Shown piece after piece: positions 17,332 to 27,132 of a DNA stretch of 64,000 nucleotides. The translations under genes and the position numbers were made by a program. The stretch is from Alphaproteobacteria bacterium (GTDB lineage Bacteria > Pseudomonadota > Alphaproteobacteria > UBA9219 > RFNS01). Each line of letters starts with the position of its first letter. Position 1 is the stretch's first letter. The DNA is taken from NCBI GenBank assembly GCA_037200005.1, contig JBBCGY010000002.1:460667-524666 (forward strand), in the 5' to 3' direction. Under the pieces are notes generated by a model. That model had not been told where the DNA came from, searched no databases, and saw only the letters and a list, made by a program, of their open reading frames with translations.

Positions 17332-19158
17332 TCATGACGCCTGGCGGAGACGCTCTTCCTTGGCCGCGGGGATGGTGAAATGAAACGTGCTGCCTTCGTT
17401 GAGAACGGAATCGAACCAAATTCTGCCTCCTAGCCTGCGCAAGATGGCTTTGACGTAAGCCATGCCCATGCCGGCGCCGCGCACGCCGGTCGTGTTGCCG
17501 GCGCGGCGGAAAATATCGAAGACTTTCTGCTTGTCCTGCGCGGCAATGCCGCGTCCGTTATCCTCGACGCTGAAGATGGTTTCCCAGGGCAATTGGCGCG
17601 CCCTGATTTTGACGACGCTCTTGCGGTTGGGCATGGCGTATTTGATGGCGTTGTCGAGGATATTGGCCAGAATTTGCTCGAATGCCGCCGCATCGGTGAG
17701 AACGGTAGGGAGCCGTTCGCATATGATTTCGACGTTCCGGTGCCGGATTTCATAAGATTGATTCTCGATGCAGCGGTTGACGACGATCTGGCAGTCGACT
17801 TGTCCGCGCTCATATTCGCGCTGGTCGATCCGCGCCAAATCAAGAATGTTGTTGGTCAGCCGGTCCATCCGTTCCACGCTGGTATGAATGAAATCGATAG
17901 CCTCCGGAATGTCGTCTTTAAAGGCATGATGCAGCTTGCCGGCTTCTTCTTCAGTGGGCTGGGCTTTCGCGATCATTTTATCCAGAAGAGGCGTGATTTC
18001 CAAAAGCGACCGTTCTATTTCGCTGGTGAATCCGCGAAGGTTGACCAAAGGCGTGCGCAAATCGTGAGAAATGACATAGACGACCCCCGACATATCGTCG
18101 TCGAACTGTTCCGAATTCTCGTTGCGCGTTTTCTGGTCGGTGATGTCGGTATGGGTGCCGACCATGCGCTCCATGACGCCGCGCTCGTCCCATATGCCGA
18201 CTCCGCGCGCGAGTATCCAGCGCCAGCTTCCATCCTTGTGCCTTAAGCGAAACGTGGAAACGTAGGAGGGAATTTCATGGCGCACGAATTGGCCTATCGC
18301 CCTTAAGGCGTTCTCGCGGTCGTCCGGATGCAGCAAGGCGATCACCAGTTCCAGGCTGTCCGGAAGCTCGGAAGCGTCGTAGCCCAGCAAATCATGGTAA
18401 CTCGGCGAGAACGACATCTTGCCGGTTTGAGGGGAGTAGTCATAGATGCCGTCCTTGATGCCATCAAGAATAAGGCGGTAGGTTTCCTTGGAATCGGCGA
18501 GGGAGTCATGGGATTTCCGGTTCGCCGCGATCAGGCCGATGATCGTAAGATAAGTAAGAAAAATACTGCCCAGCGTCAGGGCGGTGCCTATGATAAGGGC
18601 GATCGAATATTGCCGGTCGGCTTCAACGGTCGGTTGCCGGTATTCCCGCAGAAGCGTTTCTTCGGGAGCGGTGAGATTTTCCAAGGCCGCGCGGAAATCG
18701 TCCATGACTTCCTTGCTTCGGTGCAGGATTTCAGGCGTCGAGCGGGCGTCTCCGGATGCTTTAAGACGCTCGATTCGCGCATCGATGTCCGCGATCACTA
18801 GGGCGGCGTCCGCGCTTACCCTGTCGAAATTTTGCGCGCGTGCCGGATTGGCGGCGGCCAGAACCTTGAGGCTCTCGACATGTTTGGTCAAAGCCGCGCG
18901 GTCATTGGCGTATGATTCCAGAAATTCTCCCGATCCGCTCAGCGCGTAGCTGCGCTCGTCGGCTTGCATGTTCAAAGACGTCGAATCGGCCGCTCTAGCC
19001 AGGCGAACCATTTCGTAAGCGTCGATCATGCGGCGCTGGGTCGCGCGGCTTTGGTTGGCATGCAGATAGAGCGCATAGGTAAAAGCGGACAGCAGCAGGG
19101 GAGAGATCAAAAAGATGACGATAAGCGGGCGATGGCCGGAAAGATCGAAGCGGCGCAT
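17332..19158 (-). CDS. sensor histidine kinase, N-terminal periplasmic/CHASE3-like + PAS + HisKA + HATPase
   Basis: Two TM segments flank a ~170-aa sensor region. PAS (TFRLRHKDGSWRWILARG). H-box ISHDLRTPL. HATPase (EDNGRGI, GMGMAY). Confidence 0.85.
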   Translation of the reverse strand: MRRFDLSGHRPLIVIFLISPLLLSAFTYALYLHANQSRATQRRMIDAYEMVRLARAADSTSLNMQADERSYALSGSGEFLESYANDRAALTKHVESLKVLAAANPARAQNFDRVSADAALVIADIDARIERLKASGDARSTPEILHRSKEVMDDFRAALENLTAPEETLLREYRQPTVEADRQYSIALIIGTALTLGSIFLTYLTIIGLIAANRKSHDSLADSKETYRLILDGIKDGIYDYSPQTGKMSFSPSYHDLLGYDASELPDSLELVIALLHPDDRENALRAIGQFVRHEIPSYVSTFRLRHKDGSWRWILARGVGIWDERGVMERMVGTHTDITDQKTRNENSEQFDDDMSGVVYVISHDLRTPLVNLRGFTSEIERSLLEITPLLDKMIAKAQPTEEEAGKLHHAFKDDIPEAIDFIHTSVERMDRLTNNILDLARIDQREYERGQVDCQIVVNRCIENQSYEIRHRNVEIICERLPTVLTDAAAFEQILANILDNAIKYAMPNRKSVVKIRARQLPWETIFSVEDNGRGIAAQDKQKVFDIFRRAGNTTGVRGAGMGMAYVKAILRRLGGRIWFDSVLNEGSTFHFTIPAAKEERLRQAS

Positions 19159-19375
19159 GTGATGGCCTATATCCAGTGTTTGATCGCGTGTGTCCGCGTA
19201 ACAATTTATTCAATGGTGTTTATTGGTATGGGCGCTCTGATAATTCAATCGATCGGTTATCAAAAAAGATATCCGCCCAGCGAATACGATGGTCATATTT
19301 TTCATATAAAAATTCTATAAACATTGGGGGGCAAATCATTAATTCGCCATGGGGCCTTCGAATTATGCATAGAAA

Positions 19376-19403
19376 AATCCGCCGGGCATGACCCGGCGGA
19401 TTG
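19376..19403 (-). terminator. Rho-independent terminator downstream of the T/K/E-rich secreted protein gene
   Basis: CCGCCGGGCATGACCCGGCGG hairpin followed by a T-run on the minus strand. Confidence 0.5.
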
Positions 19404-19427
19404 ATAGCTAAGAACGGAATAACTCTA

Positions 19428-19844
19428 TCAGTCGTTATTCACTTTTTCTTTATCTTTTTTTTCTTCGACGATCTTGCCATCGACTTTTTTAACGTGGCTG
19501 GCTTCGACCGAACCATTTTTCGTGGCAGTCGAATCTTCAGTTTCGATGGTGGTCTTGTTCAGGAGGCCCGGGGGATCCTTGGTAATGGTGCTTTTAACTT
19601 TGGTTTCTCCGCCCTCACTTCCGATGGTGACATCTTTCGTGGTTTCCTTGTTGATCGTCGTTCCACCGGCGTCAGTCGTTTCTTCCTTGGCTTTGGTGCT
19701 GTAACCGCCGTTGTCATGAGTTTTAACGGTAGTTTCGGCCTTATAGCTTTCCTTTTCTTCAGCGGCTTGAGCCGGAATCGGCAGGGTAGTCAAAGCTACA
19801 CCAAGAATGACTAGGGCGAGCGGAGAAGACATGGATTGTTTCAT
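19428..19844 (-). CDS. secreted low-complexity T/K/E-rich protein
   Basis: Signal peptide MKQSMSSPLALVILGVALTTLPIPAQA. Mature part is T/K/E-rich (ETTVKTHDNGGYSTKAKEETTDAGGTTINKETTKD...). Locally AT-rich gene. Confidence 0.5.
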   Translation of the reverse strand: MKQSMSSPLALVILGVALTTLPIPAQAAEEKESYKAETTVKTHDNGGYSTKAKEETTDAGGTTINKETTKDVTIGSEGGETKVKSTITKDPPGLLNKTTIETEDSTATKNGSVEASHVKKVDGKIVEEKKDKEKVNND

Positions 19845-19904
19845 AGGATTTCCTTTTCTCAGTTGAAGTTATGATGTGGAGGGATAGAACTTGAATGACA
19901 GGTT

Positions 19905-20150
19905 TTATTTCCAGACCGGCTTGCCGAGATCGATCTGGCTCTTGTCGGTCAAACCGCCGGCTGCCGCGCCAGCGGCACCGCCTATAGCGGCTCCAATCGC
20001 GGGACTGCCCGCGAGCGCGCCGCCTATGGCCCCCGCGCCCGCGCCTATCGCGCCTCCCGACAAAGCGCGCTCGCCGGGCCTATCGCCGCAGGCCGAAAGC
20101 ATGATGAGGGAGATAAGGGATAAGCAACAGGCTACGTGCAATGCGCGCAT
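19905..20150 (-). CDS. glycine-zipper lipoprotein (17-kDa-antigen/YMGG-like)
   Basis: Lipobox LSAC. Then GAIGAGAGAIGGALAGSPAIGAAIGGAAGAAAGG glycine zipper. Confidence 0.55.
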   Translation of the reverse strand: MRALHVACCLSLISLIMLSACGDRPGERALSGGAIGAGAGAIGGALAGSPAIGAAIGGAAGAAAGGLTDKSQIDLGKPVWK

Positions 20151-20323
20151 GATGTAAACACTCCGTTTGTTGACAGGAGTTGCAGACTAAAAACGCGCGT
20201 ATTATTTTTATATAGGGATGGTGCCGGGATTTATAAGGCAGCGATGAGACAAACTGGAGTTAGCTTGTTTTTATCGGCGGCAACTTCTCAAGGAAGAGAA
20301 GCTTGCCGCCGATTTCGTTTCGC

Positions 20324-21046
20324 TTAGGCCGCCGAAGACTGCGGAATCGGATCCTCGAATGTTTCCATGCGATAGCCGATGCCGGGTTCGGTGATAATGA
20401 GGCGAGGGGAGCCTGAACTCTCTTCGATTTTTTCCCGAACCTGTCCGACATACACGCGGAGATACTGGGTATCCTCGCCGTGGGCCGGACCCCACACTTC
20501 TTTCAAGATCTGCTTATGCGTCAGCATCTTGCCGCGATTGATGAGGAAATAACGCAGCAGATCATATTCCCTGGGCGTGAACGGAATTTTTTCGCCATTG
20601 ACGAAAATCTCGTGCCGCACCAAATCCATGCGCACCGGTCCGTTGATAAGTTCCGGCTCGCCGGCGGCGCGCACGGCGGTCTTGCGAAGATTGGCGTTGA
20701 TGCGGGCGAGGAGCACGCTCGGATTGAACGGCTTCACCACATAATCGTCCGCGCCGAGATTCAGCGCGGCGGCGATCTCATCGTCCGCCGACCGAACGGA
20801 CAGGATGATGATCGGAACCTGCGACCATTGACGGATGGAGGCGACGACTTCCTTGCCGTCGATATCGGGCAGGCCGAGATCGAGCAGCACCAGGTTCGGC
20901 TTGATGGACGCCACCATGCGCATTCCTTGTCTTCCGGAATCGCTTTCTTCTATCTTGAAATCCGAGGCGTCGAGGAAAATGTTCAGCATTTTCCGGATCT
21001 GCGGTTCGTCATCAATGACGAGAAGGGTGTTTTTCTTTTCTGGCAT
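20324..21046 (-). CDS. OmpR/PhoB-family DNA-binding response regulator
   Basis: REC (LLVIDDEPQIRKML...LDLGLPDIDG) plus winged-helix trans_reg_C (LTPREYDLLRYFL...GYRM). GGGGA RBS before ATG 21046. Confidence 0.85.
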   Translation of the reverse strand: MPEKKNTLLVIDDEPQIRKMLNIFLDASDFKIEESDSGRQGMRMVASIKPNLVLLDLGLPDIDGKEVVASIRQWSQVPIIILSVRSADDEIAAALNLGADDYVVKPFNPSVLLARINANLRKTAVRAAGEPELINGPVRMDLVRHEIFVNGEKIPFTPREYDLLRYFLINRGKMLTHKQILKEVWGPAHGEDTQYLRVYVGQVREKIEESSGSPRLIITEPGIGYRMETFEDPIPQSSAA

Positions 21047-21224
21047 AGGTATCCCCAAATTAAAGTTTGCTCGTTAAAGTTAGTATAGCAGGAGAAAGGC
21101 TTGCGGCGGAACTTATTATACGAATCGCCCTCATCTTTAAGAGCGGCTCACTAGTTTGGCCGCCGCGCTTATAAAGAAAACATCATCTAACTCCAGGGGG
21201 TTATAAGAAAGATATAAATTAATA

Positions 21225-22319
21225 TTAAAAGCGCATGGCCACGTTAAGAGATCCGTATTGAGACAATCCCGTTTGGCCATGGAATTCGGGCGTCATGACG
21301 ACATGCGTATAAGACAGGCGCGCATTGCCGTAAGTGAGGGCGAATCCAGCCTGCAAGTCGCCGACGAAGACATTCTTGTCCACATGAGGGCTATCCCGGA
21401 ACGTATTGCCATCGAGGAAAATATCGCGCGCGACGGCGTGGGCCTGAAAGCCTGCGAACAGGTAGCCGCCGAACGTTTTGGTCGGAATAAAGAAGTCCGA
21501 CCCCGGCAGGCTTGGGCGGATGAGCGGCGGCCCGTAATCCGCGGGAAGATCATAGCCGAGGCGGAACGTCATCCCTGCCGCGCCGCTGGTGTTGATATTG
21601 CCGAGATTGACCGTTGCGTTCGGCGTGACGTCCATGCCGGTTCCGAAAGGCGAGAATTGATACAGGCTGCGCCATTTGCGCTGATAGGTGAGGATCGCGC
21701 CCGGCTCATTATGCAATTGCGAGTCCCATCCTTTCGGATCGCGCGAGCCGGTAATATTCTTATGGACGAATTTCTGGGTTTGCTCGGCGTACGACCAGGG
21801 ACCGACGACGCCCAAAGTGAGAACGAGATTGTCCAGCCTCCGGCCGTTGTCCGAGACGATGCCGAAAGAGCCGTATAGCCATCCCGCATAAGGACGGTCA
21901 TCAGGGCTTGGATTGGGATTGTTGAGGTCTTCGGGCGTATACATGCTTTGCCCGACGGCAATGGCGACGCGCTTCTGGCTATCTTTGTCTGCCATGGTCA
22001 AATTATTCGCGATCCAATGAGCAAATTGCGGCGTGTCTTTTTCCGAGGACAGCCACCCCACGCGGGCGCCGTTGGTATAGCCGCGGTCGGTGCGGGCGAT
22101 GATATCGTTTTCCCAGATAAGGCTGAAAATACCTTTTTCGTCGGGATTTCTTCCCAGATCGGGTGTGATCGGCGGGGGTGCGTTAGGTTCGGGAAAATGA
22201 AGATCGGGAATGAATTGCCAGGGATCAACGGCTGGAAGATTCTCATCCGCAGCGGCATGAGCGGGCATGGACAAAAAGGACAGAAGGACCGCCAACAGGG
22301 GGGCAATATATAGTTTCAT
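21225..22319 (-). CDS. lpxR: outer-membrane lipid A 3-O-deacylase-like protein (LpxR/DUF2219 family)
   Basis: Signal peptide then IFSLIWENDIIARTDRGYTNGARVGW, the conserved LpxR-family N-terminal motif. Ends in aromatic ...NVAMRF, as expected for an outer-membrane beta-barrel. Confidence 0.55.
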   Translation of the reverse strand: MKLYIAPLLAVLLSFLSMPAHAAADENLPAVDPWQFIPDLHFPEPNAPPPITPDLGRNPDEKGIFSLIWENDIIARTDRGYTNGARVGWLSSEKDTPQFAHWIANNLTMADKDSQKRVAIAVGQSMYTPEDLNNPNPSPDDRPYAGWLYGSFGIVSDNGRRLDNLVLTLGVVGPWSYAEQTQKFVHKNITGSRDPKGWDSQLHNEPGAILTYQRKWRSLYQFSPFGTGMDVTPNATVNLGNINTSGAAGMTFRLGYDLPADYGPPLIRPSLPGSDFFIPTKTFGGYLFAGFQAHAVARDIFLDGNTFRDSPHVDKNVFVGDLQAGFALTYGNARLSYTHVVMTPEFHGQTGLSQYGSLNVAMRF

Positions 22320-22322
22320 TTG

Positions 22323-22757
22323 TTATTTGCTTTCAGTGTGAACGCGGCGGGTAAGTAATCCCTGGATAAAGGCGTCGGCAACCGCGATGGCGCCATGGCC
22401 TATATCATTGGAGGGGAGAAGAGAGGGGCGCCGCATGATCCGGCTTGGCATTTCGGAAAGGCGGCGAGCTTGCTGTATGGCTACGACGACAAGAATCGCC
22501 GTGATCAAAGCGGCGCTCAGTCCCGTGATCGCCATGGCGGACGCTTGGGGCATGTCATAGTAAAGCAGCGCGCTGTATCCGGCATAAAGAGCGCCGACCA
22601 GCAATACGCCGACCAGCAGGCCGGATATCACGATCAAGGCGATGACGATCGCCAGTTTGGCGAGGAGTTCCTGGACTAATTTGGGATCGACGGAAGATCC
22701 TGGAAGGTCGATCAGCCCAGCGAGTTTTCCCAAGCCTGAAAGAATGGCCATTTTCAT
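22323..22757 (-). CDS. YqjE-like (DUF1469, phage-holin-like) inner-membrane protein
   Basis: Two-TM topology and size match E. coli YqjE. Sits directly downstream of a DUF883 gene, as in yqjD-yqjE. Confidence 0.45.
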   Translation of the reverse strand: MKMAILSGLGKLAGLIDLPGSSVDPKLVQELLAKLAIVIALIVISGLLVGVLLVGALYAGYSALLYYDMPQASAMAITGLSAALITAILVVVAIQQARRLSEMPSRIMRRPSLLPSNDIGHGAIAVADAFIQGLLTRRVHTESK

Positions 22758-22825
22758 ATCGATTCCCCTAAATAATAGAATTCCGGAAGGCGACGGCGCC
22801 GCCTTCCGGAATGACGTATCGAATA

Positions 22826-23125
22826 TTATTTACCGCGAACAAGCGCCCCGACGACAAAGCCCATGAACAGGGCGACGAGGGTGGCCTGGAAAGGATTGTG
22901 TTCGATGCGGGTGCGCACTTCCTTAGTTATGTGCTGCACCTCATCGGCGGCATGCTCGACTCCCTCGGAGGTGGAGTCGATAGCCCGGCGTACCTTTTGC
23001 CCCGCCTGATTGGCGGCTCTGCTGAGATCGTCCTTCACCTGGGTGTAGGTATCAGCGGCTTGGCCGGAGGCTTCGTTAACGGCCCTTTTGGCCTCAGTGG
23101 CTTCTGGAGCTCGTGATGCAAACAT
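22826..23125 (-). CDS. ElaB/YqjD/YgaM-family (DUF883) ribosome-associated membrane-anchored stress protein
   Basis: Helical N-region with a single C-terminal TM (NPFQATLVALFMGFVVGALV), typical of DUF883. AAGGAA RBS before ATG 23125. Confidence 0.55.
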   Translation of the reverse strand: MFASRAPEATEAKRAVNEASGQAADTYTQVKDDLSRAANQAGQKVRRAIDSTSEGVEHAADEVQHITKEVRTRIEHNPFQATLVALFMGFVVGALVRGK

Positions 23126-23159
23126 GACGTTTTCCTTTCTAGGGTTGGTGGTTCGGTAG

Positions 23160-23777
23160 TTAACGGGCTGCTTGCGGCCAGGATTCGGGGATGTATTCAA
23201 TTTCCACTTCGACCTTCCGGTCCGGCTGCAAGCACGCGATTAGTTTCTTCCTCGACAGTTTATCCGGGCACTTGGTGGCCGGGGCCGATTCGCCTAGCCA
23301 GCGCGTCTTCGCGACCTGGCTTTTCACGAAGCCCTGGGCAACGAGATAATCGCTGACCGCTTTGGCGCGTTTCTGCGAAAGCTTGTCATTGTATTTCGCG
23401 TTGCCGATCCGGTCGGCGTAACCGACGATCTTGGCGCTCTGTACCTGATCGTCCGATTTCAGGATGGACGCCAAGGTGTCGAGTTTGCCGCGCGCATCGG
23501 GCCGCAGAGCCGCTTTGTCGAAGTCGAAATAGACGGTGCGCTCATCGATGCCGAGGGTTTTGGCGCGGCGTATTTTCTTGGCCGTCGCGGAACCGCAGGC
23601 GTCGCCCGACGCAAGCCACTGGGTTCGCAGGCATGATCCCGTCAGCGCGGTATGGATGACGCTGCCTTGGCTGTCGAGCACGACATCCTCATAGTTGGTC
23701 TCGTTCGCATGGGCGGCAGGTATGATCGCCATGGTTGCCAACAGCAGGCACGAAAGCACCTTCTTCATATTCTTCAT
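23160..23777 (-). CDS. OmpA-family peptidoglycan-binding protein
   Basis: Signal peptide. OmpA-like C-domain (TVYFDFDKAALRPDARGKLDTLASIL...GYADRIGNAKYNDKLSQKRAKAV). Confidence 0.8.
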   Translation of the reverse strand: MKNMKKVLSCLLLATMAIIPAAHANETNYEDVVLDSQGSVIHTALTGSCLRTQWLASGDACGSATAKKIRRAKTLGIDERTVYFDFDKAALRPDARGKLDTLASILKSDDQVQSAKIVGYADRIGNAKYNDKLSQKRAKAVSDYLVAQGFVKSQVAKTRWLGESAPATKCPDKLSRKKLIACLQPDRKVEVEIEYIPESWPQAAR

Positions 23778-24071
23778 AAGACTTCTCCCGTATAGAGTTG
23801 TGAGTAATCAATGATTGGCAGAAGCCGGTCGAATGTCGAGCTTTAATAAAAGACGACTGGGGCAGGTAAGAGGAATTCAGGTTGGTGCCGCCGGAATGAG
23901 GGGAGTCATTGACGGCGGCACCGGAACAAAGAATGAAGGCTCAACCATAAGTTTTCGATTTGTTTACGGCTGCAAATGCTATTTTTTCCATAGAAAACTA
24001 ATCTATATCGTTGAATTTGCTTGATAAGAACAAATATAGAACATTTGTTTCGATTTTGCTATATAGAGAAT

Positions 24072-25154
24072 ATGAAACAAGAAACCACGAAACCGGGCGT
24101 GCATGGGCGCGGCGCGCTGGAAAATCCCGCGGGGCGATTCGAAAAGCTCGCCACTATTGAAGAACGCGACGATGATTTCCACGATCCCGAAGACGAATCG
24201 GGCAAACGCCTGCCGACCACGGTTTTCCGCGATGCGTCGCGCAGCGTGATCTCGACCAATGACAGTCCCGATATCGGCATGGAGGCCTCGGTCAATCCCT
24301 ATCGCGGCTGCGAGCATGGCTGCATCTATTGTTACGCGCGCCCGACCCATGAATATTTCGGGCTTTCGGCGGGACTGGATTTCGAGACGAAAATTTTCGC
24401 GAAGACCGACGCTCCGGAATTGCTACGCGCCAAACTCGCCTCCAAATCCTGGGAACCCAAAGTCATAACCTTCAGCGGCGTGACCGATTGCTATCAGCCT
24501 ATCGAGCGCAAGATGAAGATTACGCGCGGCTGCATGCAAGTTCTGGCCGCGTTTCGCAATCCGGCCGTCGTCATCACCAAGAATTATCTTGTCACGCGCG
24601 ATATCGATATCTTCAAGGAGATGGCCGCCGTGCAGGCCATTGCCGTCAATCTGTCGATCACGACGCTCGATCCGAAACTGGCGCGCGCCATGGAGCCGCG
24701 CGCCTCGCGTCCCGCCTTGCGGCTGCGGGCGGTGGAAGAATTGGCGAAGGCGGGCATTCCGGTCAGCGTGATGGTCGCGCCGATCGTACCGGGACTTACC
24801 GAGCATGAAATCCCGGCGATTTTAGAGGCGGTGGCGAATGCGGGAGCGCGCACGGCGCATTATACCGTCATGAGCCTCCCTTACGGCGTGAAGGATTTGT
24901 TTCAAACCTGGATCGCCGAGCATTATCCCGACCGCGCCAAGAAAGTTCTGAACCGGATTCGGGAAATACGCGGCGGCAAGCTTAACGATCCGCGCTTCGG
25001 CAGCCGCATGAAAGGCGAGGGGGTTCACGCCGACCAGGTCGCGCAAATCTTCGCGCATTATAAAAAGCGGTATGGGCTGGACCGGCGCTATACCGCGCTA
25101 TCGACGGCGGCATTCCGGTGCGGCGGGAATGACGGGCAGGGGGAGTTGTTTTAG
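24072..25154 (+). CDS. radical SAM protein (PA0069-family-like)
   Basis: CEHGCIYCYARP radical-SAM cysteine motif after a conserved N-region (GRGALENPAGRFEK). Confidence 0.7.
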   Translation: MKQETTKPGVHGRGALENPAGRFEKLATIEERDDDFHDPEDESGKRLPTTVFRDASRSVISTNDSPDIGMEASVNPYRGCEHGCIYCYARPTHEYFGLSAGLDFETKIFAKTDAPELLRAKLASKSWEPKVITFSGVTDCYQPIERKMKITRGCMQVLAAFRNPAVVITKNYLVTRDIDIFKEMAAVQAIAVNLSITTLDPKLARAMEPRASRPALRLRAVEELAKAGIPVSVMVAPIVPGLTEHEIPAILEAVANAGARTAHYTVMSLPYGVKDLFQTWIAEHYPDRAKKVLNRIREIRGGKLNDPRFGSRMKGEGVHADQVAQIFAHYKKRYGLDRRYTALSTAAFRCGGNDGQGELF

Positions 25155-25196
25155 ACGATATGGTCAAATCATCCGTCGCAGGCTACGCTTTAGTCG

Positions 25197-26375
25197 ATGT
25201 TGACGAATCAAACTCCCGCCGTTTCTTTCGTCCTTCCGTGCCTCAATGAGGCGCGGACGGTCGTGCGCTGCGTTGAAATGGCCAAGGAATTTCTGCGGGC
25301 TTCCGGTTATGACGGAGAGGTCATCGTGGCGGATAACGGCAGCACCGACGGCTCGCAGGTGCTGGCGGAAGCCGCCGGGGCGCGCGTCGTGCCTGTCGAT
25401 GCGCGCGGCTATGGCGCGGCCTTGGCGGGCGGGATCGCGGCGGCGCGTGGCGAATATGTGGTCATGGGCGATTCCGATGCCAGCTATGATTTCCGCGAGG
25501 CCGGGAAACTGATCGATACGCTGCGCGCGGGCAGCGATGTCGTCATCGGCAATCGCTTCGAGGGCGGCATCGCGCCGGGAGCCATGCCGTTTCTGCATCG
25601 GTGGCTCGGCAATCCGGTGCTGAGTTTCATCGGACGCTTGTTCTTCAATATCAAGGTCGGCGATTTTCATTGCGGCCTGCGCGGCTTCCGGCGGCAGGCG
25701 ATTGCCGATCTTGATCTGCGCACCACCGGTATGGAGTATGCCAGCGAAATGATCGTCCGCGCCGCGCTCGCCGGGCTTAAAATAGGCGAGGCGCCCGTCA
25801 CGCTCTCCAAGGACGGGCGCGATCATCCGCCGCATTTGCAGACCTGGCGCGACGGTTGGAGGCATCTGCGCTTTTTGCTGCTCTACAGCCCGCGCTGGCT
25901 TTATCTGTATCCGGGAATTTTCATGATCCTGTTCGGCCTGTTCGTCGCGGCACTGCTGCTGCCGGGGCCGTTCATGGTCGCGCCGGGAGTCGGGCTTGAC
26001 GTTCATACCTTGCTCGTCGGCGCGCTCGCGCTTCTCGTCGGCGTGCAGAGCATCACTTTTGCGCTGCTTGCCCGCCAGTACGCGGTGAAGCAGGGCATGC
26101 TGCCTCCCAACTCGGCTTATGAGAGATGGTTCGCCTTGCTCAGCGTCGAGCGCTTGTTACTGCTGGCGCTGGTGATCCTGGTTATCGGCGGCGGCGGCGT
26201 TTTATGGGCGGCCCGGATTTGGTCGGCGGCGGATTTCGGCGCGCTCGATTACCGCGACGTCATGCGCATCATGATCGCGTCGGCGACATGCATCGTCGGC
26301 GGCCTCCAGCTGGGCTTCGCGGCGTTCATGCTCGGCATCATGGATATCAGGCATCGCCGGATAGATGACAGATGA
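25197..26375 (+). CDS. family 2 glycosyltransferase with C-terminal transmembrane region
   Basis: VSFVLPCLNEA...VADNGSTDGS...VMGDSDASYD (GT2 DxD-type motifs) followed by several TM helices. Confidence 0.8.
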   Translation: MLTNQTPAVSFVLPCLNEARTVVRCVEMAKEFLRASGYDGEVIVADNGSTDGSQVLAEAAGARVVPVDARGYGAALAGGIAAARGEYVVMGDSDASYDFREAGKLIDTLRAGSDVVIGNRFEGGIAPGAMPFLHRWLGNPVLSFIGRLFFNIKVGDFHCGLRGFRRQAIADLDLRTTGMEYASEMIVRAALAGLKIGEAPVTLSKDGRDHPPHLQTWRDGWRHLRFLLLYSPRWLYLYPGIFMILFGLFVAALLLPGPFMVAPGVGLDVHTLLVGALALLVGVQSITFALLARQYAVKQGMLPPNSAYERWFALLSVERLLLLALVILVIGGGGVLWAARIWSAADFGALDYRDVMRIMIASATCIVGGLQLGFAAFMLGIMDIRHRRIDDR

Positions 26376-27126
26376 CCGGCGTGTGATCCGAAGCTTTGTC
26401 CCAGCCGCGCGGCGCGCGGTCGATATGGCAACCCTGAAGGCGATCCGCCGCTTCCGGCGACAACAGGAAATGATCGATCCTGATGCCGAGATCGTTCTGC
26501 CATGCGCCTTGCTGGTAATCCCAGAAGCTGTAGGCATGAGGCTCGTCGGGATGCAGGGCGCGAAAAGCGTCGGTCAGGCCGAGATGCTTCAGCCGCCGCC
26601 ATGCGGCGCGGCTTTCAGGCCGGTATAGCGCGTCGCCCTCCCATCTCGCGGGATCATAGACGTCGAGGGCTGTCGGAATGACGTTGAAATCGCCGCCCAG
26701 GATGACCGGGCGCTCGGTCGCCAGCAATTCCCTGGCGCGGGCTTCCAGCCGTTCCAGCCATTTCAGCTTATAGGGAAATTTCTCGCTTTCGACCGGATTG
26801 CCGTTTGGGAGATAGATCGAGGCGACGATGAAATCGCCGCTTTGCGCTTCGAGATAGCGCGCATGGATGTCGCCATCGTCGCCGGGCAGGCGGTCGAGCG
26901 TCAGCTGAACGTCATGCCGGCTCAAGATCGCCACGCCGTTATAGGACTTCTGTCCCGATACATGAGCTTGATAGCCGAGCGCCTCGATCTCCATGCGCGG
27001 AAAACTTTCCGTTTCGCATTTCAATTCCTGCAGCAGCAGAATGTCGGGCTGCGCCTCTTTCACCCATTGGGCGATGTGAGGCATGCGCATTCTGATCGAA
27101 TTGACGTTCCAGGTGGCGATGCGCAT
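26347..27126 (-). CDS. xthA: exodeoxyribonuclease III
   Basis: MRIATWNVNSIR...LLLQELK...GDFNV...SDHTPV signatures of ExoIII/APE1. Confidence 0.9.
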   Translation of the reverse strand: MRIATWNVNSIRMRMPHIAQWVKEAQPDILLLQELKCETESFPRMEIEALGYQAHVSGQKSYNGVAILSRHDVQLTLDRLPGDDGDIHARYLEAQSGDFIVASIYLPNGNPVESEKFPYKLKWLERLEARARELLATERPVILGGDFNVIPTALDVYDPARWEGDALYRPESRAAWRRLKHLGLTDAFRALHPDEPHAYSFWDYQQGAWQNDLGIRIDHFLLSPEAADRLQGCHIDRAPRGWDKASDHTPVICHLSGDA

Positions 27127-27132
27127 GAGGGG

